From Escherichia coli (GTDB taxonomy: Bacteria; Pseudomonadota; Gammaproteobacteria; Enterobacterales; Enterobacteriaceae), in assembly GCF_003334255.1 (NCBI RefSeq), contig NZ_QOWU01000266.1: DNA of 313 nt; one strand, written 5' to 3'. Shown here one piece after another: positions 1-313 of this stretch. Below the pieces are notes generated by a model. It worked only from the letters and a program-made list of their open reading frames with translations. It was not told where the DNA came from and did not search any database. Numbering within the stretch: position 1 is the first letter of the stretch; each line of letters starts with the position of its first letter. Position numbers and translations under genes: made by a program.

Positions 1-2
1 TG

Positions 3-313
3 TCAGTATGCGCGCTGGAACAGCCCGATGCCTTCATTGTCATTTGTCGACGTAATTTCATTACACACCATCCATGACCCCGGAACTGAGGATAGGTTGC
101 CGTCAATGCCATCGGTGTTAGCTTTCATATAGTTTCCGTTTTCGTCTTTGATTAGGGCGCATCGCTTAAGGCGTGAACCCGATACAGTTTCTCCTGGCTG
201 ATAGGTTCTGCCGATGTCGGTTATATACGGGCCTAGTGCGGCAATAATGTATGTTCCGATGCTGTAAATTTCCCCGGGTACCAGCCTTCCGGTTGGCCCT
301 TGTGGTCCCTGTG
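3..313 (-). CDS. C-terminal fragment of a collagen-like-repeat protein, probably a fibre or receptor-binding protein (prophage tail-fibre-like or C1q/BclA-like); 5' end lies outside the window
   Basis: Seen in sequence: reverse-complement frame 3 is open for 102 codons from forward 311 down to 6, with a TGA stop on forward 3-5 (forward tca). Forward 312-313 are the last two bases of a further upstream codon (NCA: Pro, Ser, Thr or Ala). All other frames are interrupted: minus frame 1 by TAG after 26 codons, minus frame 2 by TAA after about 46 codons, forward frame 1 at 130-132, forward frame 2 at 53-55, forward frame 3 after about 24 codons. Translation: QGPQGPTGRLVPGEIYSIGTYIIAALGPYITDIGRTYQPGETVSGSRLKRCALIKDENGNYMKANTDGIDGNLSSVPGSWMVCNEITSTNDNEGIGLFQRAY*. 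Frequent CCG, CTG and GGC codons fit a ~50% GC host. The product call is inference from domain layout, not from a recognised homologue. Confidence 0.75.
   Translation of the reverse strand, partial: QGPQGPTGRLVPGEIYSIGTYIIAALGPYITDIGRTYQPGETVSGSRLKRCALIKDENGNYMKANTDGIDGNLSSVPGSWMVCNEITSTNDNEGIGLFQRAY
282..313 (-). other. Collagen-like Gly-X-Y triplet run at the window edge (GPQ-GPT-GRL), likely the C-terminal end of a longer triple-helix region
   Basis: Seen in sequence: Gly at every third residue for three consecutive triplets, with Pro in the X position twice, then the periodicity breaks at VPGEIY. Only three triplets are visible because the window ends here, so extension upstream is inference. 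Confidence 0.45.

Noticed and set aside
1-5. Possible terminator or downstream gene signals after the TGA stop.
   Set aside because: Only 2 nt are available beyond the stop codon, so nothing can be assessed.
1-129. Forward-strand frame 1 is open for 43 codons from the window start (CQYARWNSPMPSLSFVDVISLHTIHDPGTEDRLPSMPSVLAFI*).
   Set aside because: It is short, stops at 130-132, and lies antisense to a much longer ORF that is open across the whole window. It is most likely a shadow frame.
91-213. Short direct repeats: gataggtt at 91-98 and 200-207, each followed by gccg within a few bases, and ccgatg at 25-30, 211-216 and 256-261.
   Set aside because: They are 6-8 bp, imperfect in their extensions, and sit inside coding sequence where they correspond to similar short peptide motifs (DIGRTY and IDGNL). 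No spacer or array architecture suggests CRISPR, att sites or terminal inverted repeats.
271-282. The minus-strand 12-mer GGTACCCGGGGA (overlapping KpnI and SmaI sites) matches part of the pUC-type polylinker; a SalI site (GTCGAC, 46-51) and an AflII site (CTTAAG, 165-170) are also present.
   Set aside because: The match is exactly 12 nt with no flanking vector sequence. It lies in frame inside the ORF, encoding LVPGE at the stalk-to-head junction, and the other sites are scattered. Chance occurrence is more likely than cloning-vector contamination.
1-313. tRNA, rRNA, other structured ncRNA or CRISPR repeat.
   Set aside because: No cloverleaf-compatible arrangement, conserved rRNA motif or repeat-spacer periodicity is visible, and the window is fully explained by one continuous ORF.

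Overview
The whole window is the 3' end of a single minus-strand coding sequence. Reverse-complement frame 3 (codons starting at forward 311 and reading down) is open for 102 codons and ends at a TGA stop on forward 3-5; the other five frames each hit a stop within the window (forward frame 1 runs furthest, 43 codons). The ORF continues 5' beyond position 313, so the start codon, promoter and N-terminal part are not visible, and only 2 nt lie downstream of the stop. The translated fragment is QGPQGPTGRLVPGEIYSIGTYIIAALGPYITDIGRTYQPGETVSGSRLKRCALIKDENGNYMKANTDGIDGNLSSVPGSWMVCNEITSTNDNEGIGLFQRAY*. It begins with a short collagen-like Gly-X-Y run and passes into a roughly 92-residue C-terminal domain rich in Gly, Thr, Ser, Asn and Ile. 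That layout is typical of trimeric fibre proteins such as prophage tail fibres or C1q/BclA-like surface proteins, but I cannot assign the exact family from sequence alone. GC content is about 50% by hand count. I see no RNA gene, CRISPR repeat, mobile-element terminus or convincing regulatory site. A 313-bp window cannot show a multi-gene system, so any wider system has to be tested from the flanking sequence.
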